From the NCBI GenBank assembly GCA_951406725.2, contig OX597815.1, positions 77,376,001-77,440,000 on the forward strand: a stretch of DNA of 64,000 nt, given 5' to 3'. Below are positions 40,016 to 53,000 of the stretch, one piece after another. The notes below the pieces were generated by a model. That model searched no databases. It was not told the DNA's origin and saw nothing but the letters and a program-made list of their open reading frames with translations. Both the position numbers and the translations under genes were made by a program. Origin of the DNA: Octopus vulgaris (Eukaryota). The first letter of the stretch is position 1. Each line of letters starts with the position of its first letter.

Positions 40016-40734
40016 ACATAGCTGGTTAATGTCTACAGGAAAAATGTGGCTAGAAAGAAAACTAGAATGCTTACAACTCTGTTACAGACACTCCAGAACC
40101 GAATGGGGGTTGTTAAAATGGGTGGTATTTGCCCCACTTGCAGCCTTTCATTGAGTAGCAACACAAGGAAGATGCATCCTTGTTGAACATACACAGTAAA
40201 AACAAAGTGAAAGCTAAAGCTTAATGAAACCTCAGTCCAGATAATCAGTCACAGAGTGCCTCGGATGGCATAAGATACCCAAACAAATGCTCCACTGGAG
40301 ACTAGAAAGGTATTTGTAGGAAAACATTATGCATTGACAATGAAAGTAAATTATTTGAATCACTGCCACTAAAGTAAGGATCCTAATGGAAATTATGTTC
40401 AGTTCATCCCATGAAAATCTGAGTGACAGGAAATTTATGCAAGCCATATGACTCATGACTCGTGCAGTATGACTCAACAGCTGTTACTGCTGGAATAACA
40501 ACATAGCAATGAATGTCTCCAGATCCAAAGGTATGTATATGCTACACTAGGTACCTGAAATTCATCGGTCTTATGTCAAGTCTTACTGCAAGAATTACAC
40601 ACACACACACACACACGAACAGGCATGCACACACACGCACACACACACACACACACACACGCACATACACAAACACACAAAACTCATCTGTAGACAAAAG
40701 CACTTGATTTAGTTTTGATTAAAGAAATCATCAC

Positions 40735-40767
<33 letters not shown>

Positions 40768-41256
40768 TCCCTCCCCCCACACACATGTATGTGCACACAT
40801 GCATGCACACACACATATCTATACCATTCCATCATCATCAGCAGCAGCATTACATCCACTTTTCATGCTGGCCTGGATTGGATTGGACTGGTCATCATGA
40901 TCCAAATGATATTTCTCATTGGGAACCATTGCTCCCAAAGTCTTATATTCGTACATGTAATTTTGGCTTGATTTCCACAGTTGGATACCCTTTATACCAC
41001 CAACCACTTCCCAGAGATTACTAAGAGCATTTTTCATGCCATCAACACTAGAAAGGTCGGTAAGTCCTCAGTGACACTGAACAGAAGGGATCTCACAATG
41101 TTATATTTCTCCACTGTAGCAAGAGTATGGTGGTAGGGACAGAATCCTTGGTGGGTGAAGATGGGAAGGGATTGACAAGCAATAATAGAGGTAGATAAAG
41201 AATAAAGACAGTAATGGATGGAAGTGTAATAAGCTGGAGTGTATTGGGTGCATGTG

Positions 41257-41290
<34 letters not shown>

Positions 41291-41660
41291 TGATAGAAAT
41301 GGTAAGACAACAAAAGAATGAAAGAGACCTCAATATTATGTAAATAGAGGAATTTATCTGTAAATGTAATATGTGACAATTATTCGGTAGCCATGATAAA
41401 ACTCCATGGTTTGGATGTCAGGGTGGAAATCCACGATATATATTGCAACAAAAATTTAAATCTTGGACATAGAGTTACCAAAGGTTTTGTATCCACAAAG
41501 CCTTGTGGACTGTTTGTGAGACTCTATACAAAGACAAAAAATTTTAACTTTCTACATTGCGGGCGTGAGGAAAGGCTCATAAATTGAAATTTAAGTCTTA
41601 ACATATAAAAACGTTAATGAGGACTGGTTGTCTCTCTTGAACCGGAGGATAAAACCACCC

Positions 41661-41993
41661 TGGGAAAATAAAGCATCCGAATGCAGGACCTGGTGTCAGT
41701 CCTGCATCTCCTCAGTTCAAAGATTTGAGCAGAGCTGACTTCAGTATTGGGACCAACTTTGTGCAAGTATGAAGGCTTGCTGGCAAAATGCTGCTCCTCT
41801 AAATGAAAAGCTTACCTGTTATTGCAATTTTGTGGCATGGAACAAAGCAGGCCTTGCCGGCCACCCAAGAAAACACATAGTAAATGATCCACAAGCACTT
41901 GAGTAAACTGAGTCATTAACTTGTTCCATTTGCCAAAAGGTTTGCAAGGCACTAGCAGGCCTCAAGAGACACATGCGTGTCCATGGAACATGA
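41661..41993 (+). mobile_element. RTE LINE C-terminus with two C2H2-like zinc fingers (pseudogenised)
   Basis: One frame: WENKASECRTWCQSCISSVQRFEQS*...LTCYCNFVAWNKAGLAGHPRKH...*TESLTCSICQKVCKALAGLKRHMRVHGT*. Confidence 0.75.
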
Positions 41994-42289
41994 TTACTGC
42001 TTTATTTTACTGAAACCTCATTCAGTAAAATGAAAGAATCCATCATATATTATTTAGTTGATAGATCCCATACAGACAGAATCAACAAAACTATGACTCC
42101 ATCCAGTGAAAGAAATATCAATTTGATACACATACCAAAAGAGTTACTAATAGTTTCATGCTTTTATGATACTAGAAAAAGCAATATCTACAAAATACAG
42201 CATGTCTCTCCAAGCAATTAGTAGATCTTTCTCTTTGTGTATTAAATTGATATATTATACACACACACATACATATATATATATATATG

Positions 42290-43730
42290 TTGCAGTCTCA
42301 GCGCATGTATGCACATCATCAACCACAGCATGCCCAGCCCTCCATTGACAGCAAATGGATTACTTAACCATCGGAATGCTTCCCTTCCACAGAAAGCAGA
42401 AGAATATGCATTCCAGTTTGTTGATGGTAGAGTCAGGACAAGATATGATGGTCAGACGGTAATTGATGACGGATGCGATGTACGTATTCGCCACCTCCAC
42501 CCAATCTTTTAGAGAGAGCTTCCTCTTAGCCCATTGCTGGGTGAGAGTGGCCACCCTAGTTGTTATCTCGCCCAAGTTCTTCTCTATCTGGAGGTCGAGA
42601 CCGAACCAGACTCTGAGCAATTTAACTGGTCCGTCAGTCCAGCATCTCATGATGAAGACACTGTTGGATAGCATGGGCTTGCTTCTCCAGGTGCCGAAAC
42701 GCAAGCCCACTGACTTTTCCTGGTTAATTTTTGCCCCTGTTACCGCTTTGTATTCTTTTAGTGTCTTGCTGACCAGGTCGATATGTCTGTGGCTCAACAC
42801 TACGACGGTGATGTTGTCTGCATATGCAGACATGCTCCTCCTACATCTCAGCTCTCACAGGATGCCCCTCAGATTGCCAGTTTCCACAGTAGTGGCTCAA
42901 GAGTCAATACGTACAGAAGCAACAAGAGGGGGCATCCTTGACGAACCAAATGTGTGATGTTAAATGGTCTGGACAGATGACCATTTATGCAAACTACCAA
43001 GCGGATGCTGCTGTATAAGGCAGTGATCCAACCGTGGAACACGGGACCAAAACCAGCCACTCTGAGGACAGCCTCCAAGTAGCAATTGTCTACCCTATCA
43101 AAAGCTTTTGCTTGATCCAAATTGATCAGCATCCCACCCATGCCAGGTTCTTTAACTACCCTATCTATGATGTAGTGCATCAGATGGAGGTTGTCATAGA
43201 TACTCCTACCTGGCACGGCACACGTTTGCGCCTTGTCGACCAGTTTCCCGATGAAAAGTGCCAACCTCTCAGCTAACACCTTGGCCAAAATCTTCAAATC
43301 TGTGTTGAGCAGAGTGATGGGCCTGAAGTTATCTATGACGTTCCCTTTGTTTTGGATCTTTCTTTAGCAGTGCCACCACTCCTCACTTTACAGAAATGGG
43401 GATACTCCCGTTTTTGCTGCCAGTTGCAGTAGACAGCTGCGAAGACACCTCTAAATAAGTCTGGCATAAGACAATAAAGTTCGTAGAGCAGACCATCCAA
43501 GCCTGGTGACTTGTCTCCTGTGCAGCTTGCCATCACATCCCGTATGTCCAAGGCTGTGATGGGTCTTTCACAACACTCTGCCTCTCTTTCCAAGAGTCAT
43601 GGCAGGCTATGCAGGCAGGCACTAAAGTCCACTTTGCATTCTGACCCACCAGTTGTCACGAACAGTCAGGTAAAGTATTGTTGAAAGGCCTCACACATCC
43701 TTTCGGGCTCAAGTAATTCATGCCCCTGTT
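42290..43730 (-). mobile_element. Tx1/L1-clade LINE reverse-transcriptase relic
   Basis: KSPGLDGLLYELY, KILAKVLAERL, PGRSIYDN, LDQAKAFDRV, VRQGCPL, AYADNI and GAKINQEKS across frameshifted ORFs. Confidence 0.95.
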
Positions 43731-44308
43731 CAGACGGGACAGATTACAAAGTAGAGCTTTTCTTTTTGGGGAGAAAAAAAAGTGTGGTTGGTTTTCAATC
43801 AAAAGAGATTGTAAAAGGGAAAAAAAAACAAAAGAAAAACGATCAATAGGGATCGTGTTTTACAGAAATGCCATGATGTAAAGTGTAAAGGGGGAAGCAG
43901 ATAAGGTTTATCCGTGGAAAGAAAAGCCTACGGAAAAGACCACAGTAACCTCGGTCAAGAACGTGACATGTTAGCACATTTGTTTGCATGTAAGTAACCT
44001 TCTGTTTTAAATTTTTCCGGATTCATAGGATTATGCTCAAGGTGGACATCATCATTCATATGTGCCATCATTGCTACATTCACCCATCTTTTTTTGAAAC
44101 ATTCGCTAGACAAAATTTGCCTCTCTACTCTCACTTTCCTTTTCAAGTGATACTTGAAGAAGTTGATGAGAGATTGACCAGAGAGGAAAGTGTTTGTCTC
44201 CAATCCTTTCAGACGTGTCCACCAGATACATTCTTTCGCCATAGCCATAACAATGATGAAAATAGCTCTTCCTTCCCGTTTGAAGGAAGGAGGCATGACA
44301 ATATTGAC
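43731..44308 (-). mobile_element. Tx1-clade LINE ORF2 C-terminus plus 3' UTR
   Basis: [13 protein letters not shown]...FFKYHLKRKVRVER...FKKRWV then a U-rich UTR ending AAGAAAAGCTCTACTTTGTAATCTGTCCCGTCTG. Confidence 0.85.
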
Positions 44309-44362
<54 letters not shown>

Positions 44363-44502
44363 CAGATAGACAGAAAGAGAAAGTCAGATATGTAAATAAA
44401 TATGGATAGATATTTAGAAACAATGACAGACTGACAGGCAGACAGACAAATAGACTGATAGCTAGCAAAATTGATAGATAGACAGATAGATAGATATGTA
44501 CA

Positions 44503-44579
<77 letters not shown>

Positions 44580-44580
44580 C

Positions 44581-44621
<41 letters not shown>

Positions 44622-44627
44622 TGTACA

Positions 44628-44658
<31 letters not shown>

Positions 44659-44770
44659 CATGCATATAGACATACATACATACATACATGCATAGAGCTA
44701 GCAAGATAGATGAAGACACAGAGAGAAAGAGATACAGGACAAATAGACAGACTAGCGGATAGACAGACAA
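44309..44770. repeat. (GATA)n/(GACA)n array
   Basis: Direct inspection. Confidence 0.95.
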
Positions 44771-44781
44771 CATAGTGCATA

Positions 44782-44830
<49 letters not shown>

Positions 44831-45505
44831 ATGCGTGTGAAGGATTAAAGGATTTCGGAAATGTATTGACTGATCTGTATATTTGTATCACCTTTTGTCA
44901 TCAATAACCCTGTTACTGGCTTCTTACAGCAAAACTACAACAGCAACAACTACAGCAACAGTCGCAACACCACAGCCACAACCACCAGCAGCAGTAGTTG
45001 TAGCTGTAGCAGTAACAGCAGCAGCAGGAGCAATAGCAGTTGTTATAGGAGCAACAGCAATAGCTGTAGTAAGAGCAGTAACAGCAGCAGTAGCAGCATC
45101 CTGGTCCACCTCCTCACTGAGGACTGTTACTACTAAAGCCTTCACTGCTATGACAATGATGATGCCAACATCAATAGAGAACAACCCTCAGCTAGGAGAA
45201 TAATGTCAGCTTCAAATATTACTTGATTAAAAAAGAAAAACAAAAACATAAGATTAAAAAACCAACAGAAAAAGAAGTGAATTTGAGCTGAAAATAATAA
45301 TAATAATAACAATAATATTAAATACATAAATAATAATATATATGTGTGTATATATATATTATATGAAATATAATAATAATTTAAATAATAATAAATAAAA
45401 ATAATAATAATAACAAAAGGAACCATCCAGTTGCTGTGACTGAGCTGCAGTCTTGGTCACATAGGAATATTTTCTTCAGCATCAACCAAGGAACATCCTC
45501 CTGCT

Positions 45506-45537
45506 CTACAGTAAAGGATCTTTACATTGCCACCAAC
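45506..45537 (-). CDS. Candidate terminal coding exon (G)WWQCKDPLL* of an unidentified gene
   Basis: Acceptor gatgatttctcAG|GT; phase-compatible with the exon at 48261-48405; unique sequence. Confidence 0.5.
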
Positions 45538-47702
45538 CTGAGAAATCATCAATAGACATTATGTTGCTTTTGATTTTTAACTAGCAACAGTATATAAAAG
45601 GGAAAAAGAATACAGAGAAGGTTCCACGGTCTGTGTATAAAATTATATATATAGATAGATATATATATATAAGTTTATATACATAAATATATTTATTATA
45701 AAAAAAAGAGAATTATTTGATAAGCAGCGTTTGGTTCATATTATTTCTACATTCTAGTGTATTTTACACATAACTACAGACAGAAATGGGGAAGGCTACA
45801 CATATTGAACACCATCCTCTTGCTCCGCAGTCACGTGAGTATATGTATATGTCTTTCTATATATATCTACACATTATGTCTATTATATATGTAGATTATT
45901 TATCATAAATAAAAAATACATAAATACACACACATACACAGATACATATGTATATATTGATGCATTGTGTTACTTAGTTTTCATGTGTGTATAATTCTAT
46001 GTATTTGCTTTAATGTATAGTAATTGTGTTTAATTGCTGTTCAAGGGTGACTAGACTGTGTAATGGTTAACCCAATGAAGGATATGGCTCAGGACTCTGC
46101 AGTCCAAACTAGATATCATCTGCAGTAGGTCAAACAGTCTGGATGGGTCTGCAAGGATGCGCACTGTCTATTCATTCCCACTTGCACATCAAGAAATACA
46201 TTTACAAACACACATACATATGTGTGTGTATATGTGCACATATATATATGTGTGTGTGTATATGTATGTATGTATGTATGTATATATGTATTCTCACACA
46301 GGTATATTTATTATAATATGTATATAATTTATATTCACATCTAATCTTCTTGTGTATTTCAATGCAATGTATGTGTATATATATATGTGTGTGTGTATAG
46401 GTGTGTGTGTGAGGATCAGTTCTGGTGAATGAATAAAACCAAATCTGATGTCTTGAAAATCTCAACAAGTGAAATGTCATTCTTACATATGTCCCTCAGG
46501 ATAATTACATATTCATACTGCTGTACTGTGTTCAGTGTGTTATTTGTTTAGCTGAAATTATAACATTTCATATACAGGCAATACACATGTATATATATTT
46601 ATGATATATATATAATGTATCATTACTTATATTACTGTATCATTACATATAAAAACTACATATTCATATATATGCATATATATATATATATAAATATGTG
46701 TGTGTGTGTGTGTGTGTGTGTATGATTATGTGTGCATGTGTATGTGTGTGTATGCGTGTGTGTGTGCGTGCGTGTGTGCATGAAATAGAACATTCTGTAA
46801 ATGGACATGTTCACAAATGAATGCACTTATTTCCATTCTTTATGTGAAATCACAAATTATTACAATATCTATCTGTCCATCTAACTATCTACCTCTCCCT
46901 CTCTCTCTCTCCCTCTATCTACCTACCGACCTACCTACGACCGACCTACCTACCTACCTACCTACCTACCTACCTACCTACCTATCTACCTATCTATCTA
47001 TCTTTCTACCTATTTATCTATCTATATATGCATGTGTATTCATATACTTACATACATACATACATATAATGTATGTATATATATTCATATACATAGATAC
47101 ACATACACACAAGTAATTTAAATAAAGTATGTGTCTATACACATTTAAAAAAAACATTTACTAATCCATGGAGCTTACATGGAGCTTAGTCAATTTTTGT
47201 CAATAACACAAGGGTGGCTGTATAGCTGGTTGACTTGACTTTACTCAATACGTATTAATATTTGTATGTTTCTGAGGCAATAAGCTGGTGAAATCGATGG
47301 AGCAATGGACATAATGACTTGAAGTATTTGTGAATGACCTCTTATGTTCTGAGGTTGAATCATGCTAAAGTCAACTTTACCTTTCATCCATCTAGTGGGA
47401 GTCAATAAAATTATGTACTTGTCCAGCACTAGGGTTCAATATTATGGACTCTTTACCCTATCTGAATTGTCAATGGTGTGTGTCTATGTAAGAAAAAAAA
47501 ATCAATATTAGCATATTTCATTTTCCCATCTATTTTTAAGCATATGTGTGCTTCATATATGTATGTATATATGTATATATGTATATATGTGTATATGTAT
47601 ATATATATATATATATATGTATGTATATATATATGTATATATATATTTGTGTGTATGTGTGTAGATAAATATGTACATACATACATACATGCATACATAC
47701 AT

Positions 47703-47737
<35 letters not shown>

Positions 47738-47771
47738 TATATATGTATGTATATGTATATGTATATCAATG

Positions 47772-47859
<88 letters not shown>

Positions 47860-48260
47860 CCTATAGGTATATAGTTGAATGTGTATAGCTCTCTCTCTAT
47901 ATATAGATAGATATATACCAACCTATATGTCTATTTATCTATCTATCTTTCTATTCATCTATCCATCTATTTATCTATATTCATAAATATACATACGTGC
48001 ACATACGCAAATGAATATGAATTAAACATATGTTCAGCAACAACTTAATTATGGAACTTGAAGCTGGAAAGAATGCAAATAAATCAATATTCAGCTGCAC
48101 TGTAAACTCCAGAAAAAAGAACAGAAAAATCAAATCCAGTACCTAGGAACCATTATATTTATCACACAGAGAAACATTACTGAAATTACCAGTATTGTAA
48201 ATTTAAGGAATTTATGTATCTCTGTTTAGCTATGTCTTTGTAGATAGATGAATAGATTAC

Positions 48261-48405
48261 CACAATCCTGCAATGGAATGTTTGTTAAAGCTAGTTCTAT
48301 AGCAAACAGTCCAGTTTTGAGATGTGGAAGCTGAACAAATGGGAAATATGTAACACGTGTCTGTGTCTCAAGGAGCCTATTGAATGTACTGTTCCCCCCA
48401 CCATA
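48261..48405 (-). CDS. Candidate internal coding exon YGGGNSTFNRLLETQTRVTYFPFVQLPHLKTGLFAIELALTNIPLQDC
   Basis: Acceptor tattttcccaacacatttcAG, donor G|GTAATC, 145 nt open frame of ordinary protein-like composition in non-repetitive DNA. Confidence 0.6.
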
Positions 48406-48690
48406 CTGAAATGTGTTGGGAAAATATGGCGACATGAATTTTGCTGATCACTTCTTTGGAAAATATTAATGGAGATGTCTCAAATAGTATATAATAATGA
48501 CAATGATGATGATGATGATGATGATCTTTTCCACTAAAGGCACAAGGCCTGGAATTTGTGGGGTGGGGGATAGTTGATTACATTGACCCCAGTACTCAAC
48601 CGGTTCTTATTTTATCAATCTGAAAGGATGACAGGCAAAATCAACCTTGGCAGAATTTGACTTTGTTTTTCATCCTTCCGGGATTGATAA

Positions 48691-48743
<53 letters not shown>

Positions 48744-48756
48744 TAATAATAATAAT

Positions 48757-48985
48757 AATTTCTTTTATCAGCCGCAGGGGCATAGATGTGTGGGGCATCA
48801 CAAGGACAGACAACAATTTGTGTGGGGATTTACATAAAGGACACGGGGGGAAAAAAATAGAAAAGATGGTGAAATGAAATAAAAGTATACATAGTATAAT
48901 ACCAAGTATGTGATAACATGAATGATACAGTCCTCCTGATACAGGAGAAATTCTAGCTAGGGTCAATCAAGGAAGCCCAGGATTG
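48757..48985 (-). mobile_element. Probable LINE 3' UTR end (Tx1-like) running into (ATT)n
   Basis: Ends TTGTCTGTCCTTGTGATGCCCCACACATCTATGCCCCTGCGGCTGATAAAAGAAATT(ATT)n, similar to the SINE-B and Tx1 tails. Confidence 0.55.
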
Positions 48986-49287
48986 TATAGCTTAATTATT
49001 CTTATTTTCTAAAACAACTAAATAATAGAATTAAGGTAGTGGCCCAGCATGGAATAATTGGGCCAACCAATATGTTTTATTTATTTTATTTAGATATGCA
49101 TTCTTTTATATTTAACCCATCATTTGTTGAAATCTTCATCTGATGTCCTATTTTAATATCCTAATTTGATAACCTATTTTTATTTTATCTTGTCTTCCTG
49201 AATACATTTAAAAAAAATTATTCCTTTATTTAGAAGAATATTCCAGAAACAGCTTAGGTCCATGCCAGCATGGACAACAGACATTAA

Positions 49288-49333
<46 letters not shown>

Positions 49334-49627
49334 CGATGATGATATTTAACTTAATATTAAAACTAATAATCACCCCACTCCTACATTGAAAACTAATACC
49401 CCAAAATCTAGGCGCAGCTTGTTCACATTTAGTTTGCCTATTTAATGGTTTAAAATAACAATTAGAAATGACATCTTGTATGCAGAAATTATTATTGTAT
49501 GATATATTTTGATAATCCTTAACAATCTAATATAATCTCTTGTCAGTTTTTTTATTTATTTGACCATCCATTTGATGTCTCTTCTTGTCTGTCTGTTTGC
49601 TGCCTGTCTATCTATGGATACATACAT

Positions 49628-49672
<45 letters not shown>

Positions 49673-49682
49673 TATCTATCTG

Positions 49683-49719
<37 letters not shown>

Positions 49720-49734
49720 TTATCTGTCTATCTG

Positions 49735-49815
49735 TTTTTTTTCCTCCCCATAAAGAAAAGCTCTACCTTGTAATTTGTCCCGTCTGCGTGCAGCCCTGTG
49801 GTTAATACAGAAACA
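49735..49815 (+). mobile_element. Extreme 3' end of the Tx1 element inside a (TATC)n array
   Basis: AAGAAAAGCTCTACCTTGTAATTTGTCCCGTCTG matches 43731-43765 (minus) and continues CGTGCAGCCCTGTGGTTAATACAGAAACA. Confidence 0.85.
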
Positions 49816-49868
49816 TATCTGTTTCTCTATACATGTCCATCTGGTCTATTTATCCGTTTATCTATCTA

Positions 49869-49932
<64 letters not shown>

Positions 49933-50099
49933 ATCTAACTATCAACATATTTATCTATTCATCTTTCTCTCTTTTTCTTTCTTTCTCGCTCTCTCTGTTA
50001 TCTCTCTCTCTCTCTCTTTTTCTATATATATATATATACTAATACATGTTTGTTTTGTACACCACCTGTCTTTGTCTTTTGTTTTTTTTAAACTCTCCC

Positions 50100-50139
<40 letters not shown>

Positions 50140-50223
50140 CTATCTATCTAGTCTGTCTGTCTGTCTATCCATCTACCTATCAACCTATCTATCAGTCTGT
50201 CTGTCTGTCTGTCTATCCATCTG

Positions 50224-50267
<44 letters not shown>

Positions 50268-50970
50268 AGTATCATATATATATATATATATATATATATT
50301 TCCACACACTGACACAAGTATCTATCTACCGATTTATCTACCTCTACATACATACCATCTACCCATCCATCTATTTATAGATGTAAAATGAAGATCATTA
50401 TTCTAAAACAAATTTAAGAACAATAACAGAACATTTACTGATGGGGGAACTCAAAGTAACAATAGAATCATATATATTATAAAATTCATTTTAACAGGAC
50501 AGGTTGAATAAGCCATCAGGTGAGATTAAATCCCAATCAAATTGAGTTTAATAATAAATTTGACTCCATCTCTATATTTATTGATCTGTATGAATATCCT
50601 GTATATAATAAACAGCAAAAGAAAAAAAATAAATAAAAAACAAAGCACCCCCTCATCATATGTACAGACTGTATTGGTTGGTTAGGAATGCATCTTAATA
50701 TTTTCCCATGTCAGTTGATTCTGCGTCATAGAGACTAAGGAGTGTAACAAGTAAAGACCAAGTCTGACTACAATACATCTGTTTTGAATAGCTCGTATTT
50801 ATTCCATTTATGGCATCTCTTCCTTTAACTGACTGTATATATGTGCAAATCTACACATATACAAACACACCTGCACAAAAACACTATCACGTATGCATCC
50901 AAGAAATTTATACAGTAAGCTCATATCATCACCATCATCATCATCATCATCATCGTTGTCATTGTTGTTG

Positions 50971-51028
<58 letters not shown>

Positions 51029-51150
51029 CATCATCATCATCATCATTATCATTATTATACACAAATACACTTCATCTCCTCTTTCGCAAGTGTGTATATA
51101 TGTATGTTAATATAACTATCTACACACCTCTATGAAGGATCAATGTATGC

Positions 51151-51235
<85 letters not shown>

Positions 51236-51236
<1 letters not shown>

Positions 51237-51620
51237 TTCTTTACTGTGCACAAGGGGCTAAACATAGAGGGGACAAACAAGGACAGACAAACGGATTAAG
51301 TCGATAACATTGATCCCAGTGAGTAAATGGTGCTTATTTAATCGACCCCGAAAGGCGGAATTTGAACTCAGAACATAACGGCAGTCGAAATACCTATTTC
51401 TTTATTACCCACAAGGGGCTAAACACAGAGGGGACAAACAAGGACAGACATAGGTATTAAGTCGATTACATCGATCCCAGTGCGTAACTGGTACTTAACT
51501 TATCGACCCCGAAAGGATGAAAGGCAAAGTGGACCTCGACGGAATTTGAACTCAGAACATAACGGCAGACGAAATACGTCTACACATTTCGCCCGGGGTG
51601 CTAACGATTCTGCCAGCTCA
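51236..51620 (-). mobile_element. Head-to-tail SINE-B dimer
   Basis: Two tails (near 51236 and 51396); the second unit starts internally at GGTATTTCG. Confidence 0.88.
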
Positions 51621-51649
51621 GTTTAAAACTTGCAAAGAAGGTCTTGAAA

Positions 51650-51695
51650 CCACCTGATGAATGTCAAAAGAAGTGACAAGAAACGATCGTAGTGG
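51650..51695 (+). ncRNA. Minimal type I hammerhead ribozyme
   Basis: CCAC-CUGAUGA-A-UGUCA-AAAGAAG-UGACA-A-GAAAC-GAUC-GUA-GUGG; palindromic ACGAUCGU in stem/loop III. Confidence 0.88.
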
Positions 51696-51788
51696 ATATC
51701 TTAATTATATTTAATTTATATAAAATTTTTTATGTATTGGATTAAGTCTTTCTTTGTTTGATTTGCATAATAGTGGTTTTGTCTCTAA

Positions 51789-51846
<58 letters not shown>

Positions 51847-52228
51847 CAAAACTTAAGTACTGGGGTCAATTCACTCAACTAAAATTCCATAAGGTGTTTT
51901 CACAGCATGGCCACATTCTAATGATGGAAACAAGTAAATGAAAAAATGGATGGGTGTGTGCGTATATATATATACATATATGTATATGTATATATATTTA
52001 TAGAAATGTATATATATATATATCATCATCATCATCATTTAACGTCTGCTTTCCGTGCTGGCATGGGTTGGATGGTTTGACTGAGGACTGGCAATCTGAT
52101 CTGGTAAGGTTTCTACAGCTTGATGTCCTTCCTAATGCCAACCACTCCGAGAGTGTAGCAGGTGCTTTTTATGTCCCACAGGTATTAGAGCCAGTCAGGC
52201 AGTACTGGCATCGACCATACTTGAATGA

Positions 52229-52270
<42 letters not shown>

Positions 52271-52272
52271 CA

Positions 52273-52308
<36 letters not shown>

Positions 52309-52323
52309 TACTGACATATATAT

Positions 52324-52355
<32 letters not shown>

Positions 52356-52377
52356 TATACATACACATATACATACA

Positions 52378-52433
<56 letters not shown>

Positions 52434-52614
52434 AATATGTACATACATACATACATACATACATACATACATACACACACACATACATACATATACATAT
52501 GCTTAAATATAGAGAATGTAAAATTCAGGTCTTATATCTTTTTTCCTTCCTGTCAAAATATTACCTTTCCTGGAAACAAGTGTGGATGCTAAACAATGAT
52601 GATGATGATGCATA

Positions 52615-52652
<38 letters not shown>

Positions 52653-53000
52653 TGGAACTATAATTTTATAGAAACATCTAAGTTTGTTGTTTGATACACA
52701 GTAAAAATGTAGCCATCTGGAGAAAGAAAAACACCTAAGTAGAACTTATATGGAGTTGTTAAAATCCCCTTAATAGAAAAGTCTAAGGAGAAAGCTCTCT
52801 CCTGTAAAACATACAGTTGCAATAGCTTCCAATTTTCTTGTGCTTGCGTGTCCCTAGATATTTCACAAATGCTTATAAAGATGGATACTTATAGCGATGC
52901 TTATGTGTCATACAAGTGCGTATGAAGCAAACATCTGTCTATCTATCTATCCATCTCTTTGTCTCTATCTATATATATACATACACACATGCACATATAC

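Noticed and set aside
44883-45203. Ala/Thr/Val-rich 106-aa ORF
   Set aside because: Derived from (CAG/CAA/TAG)n repeats; more likely 3' UTR or flank of the minus-strand gene.
45459-45537. Alternative frame VGGNVKILYCRAGGCSLVDAEENIPM* for the terminal exon
   Set aside because: It needs a phase-0 upstream exon, whereas the candidate upstream exon ends in phase 1.
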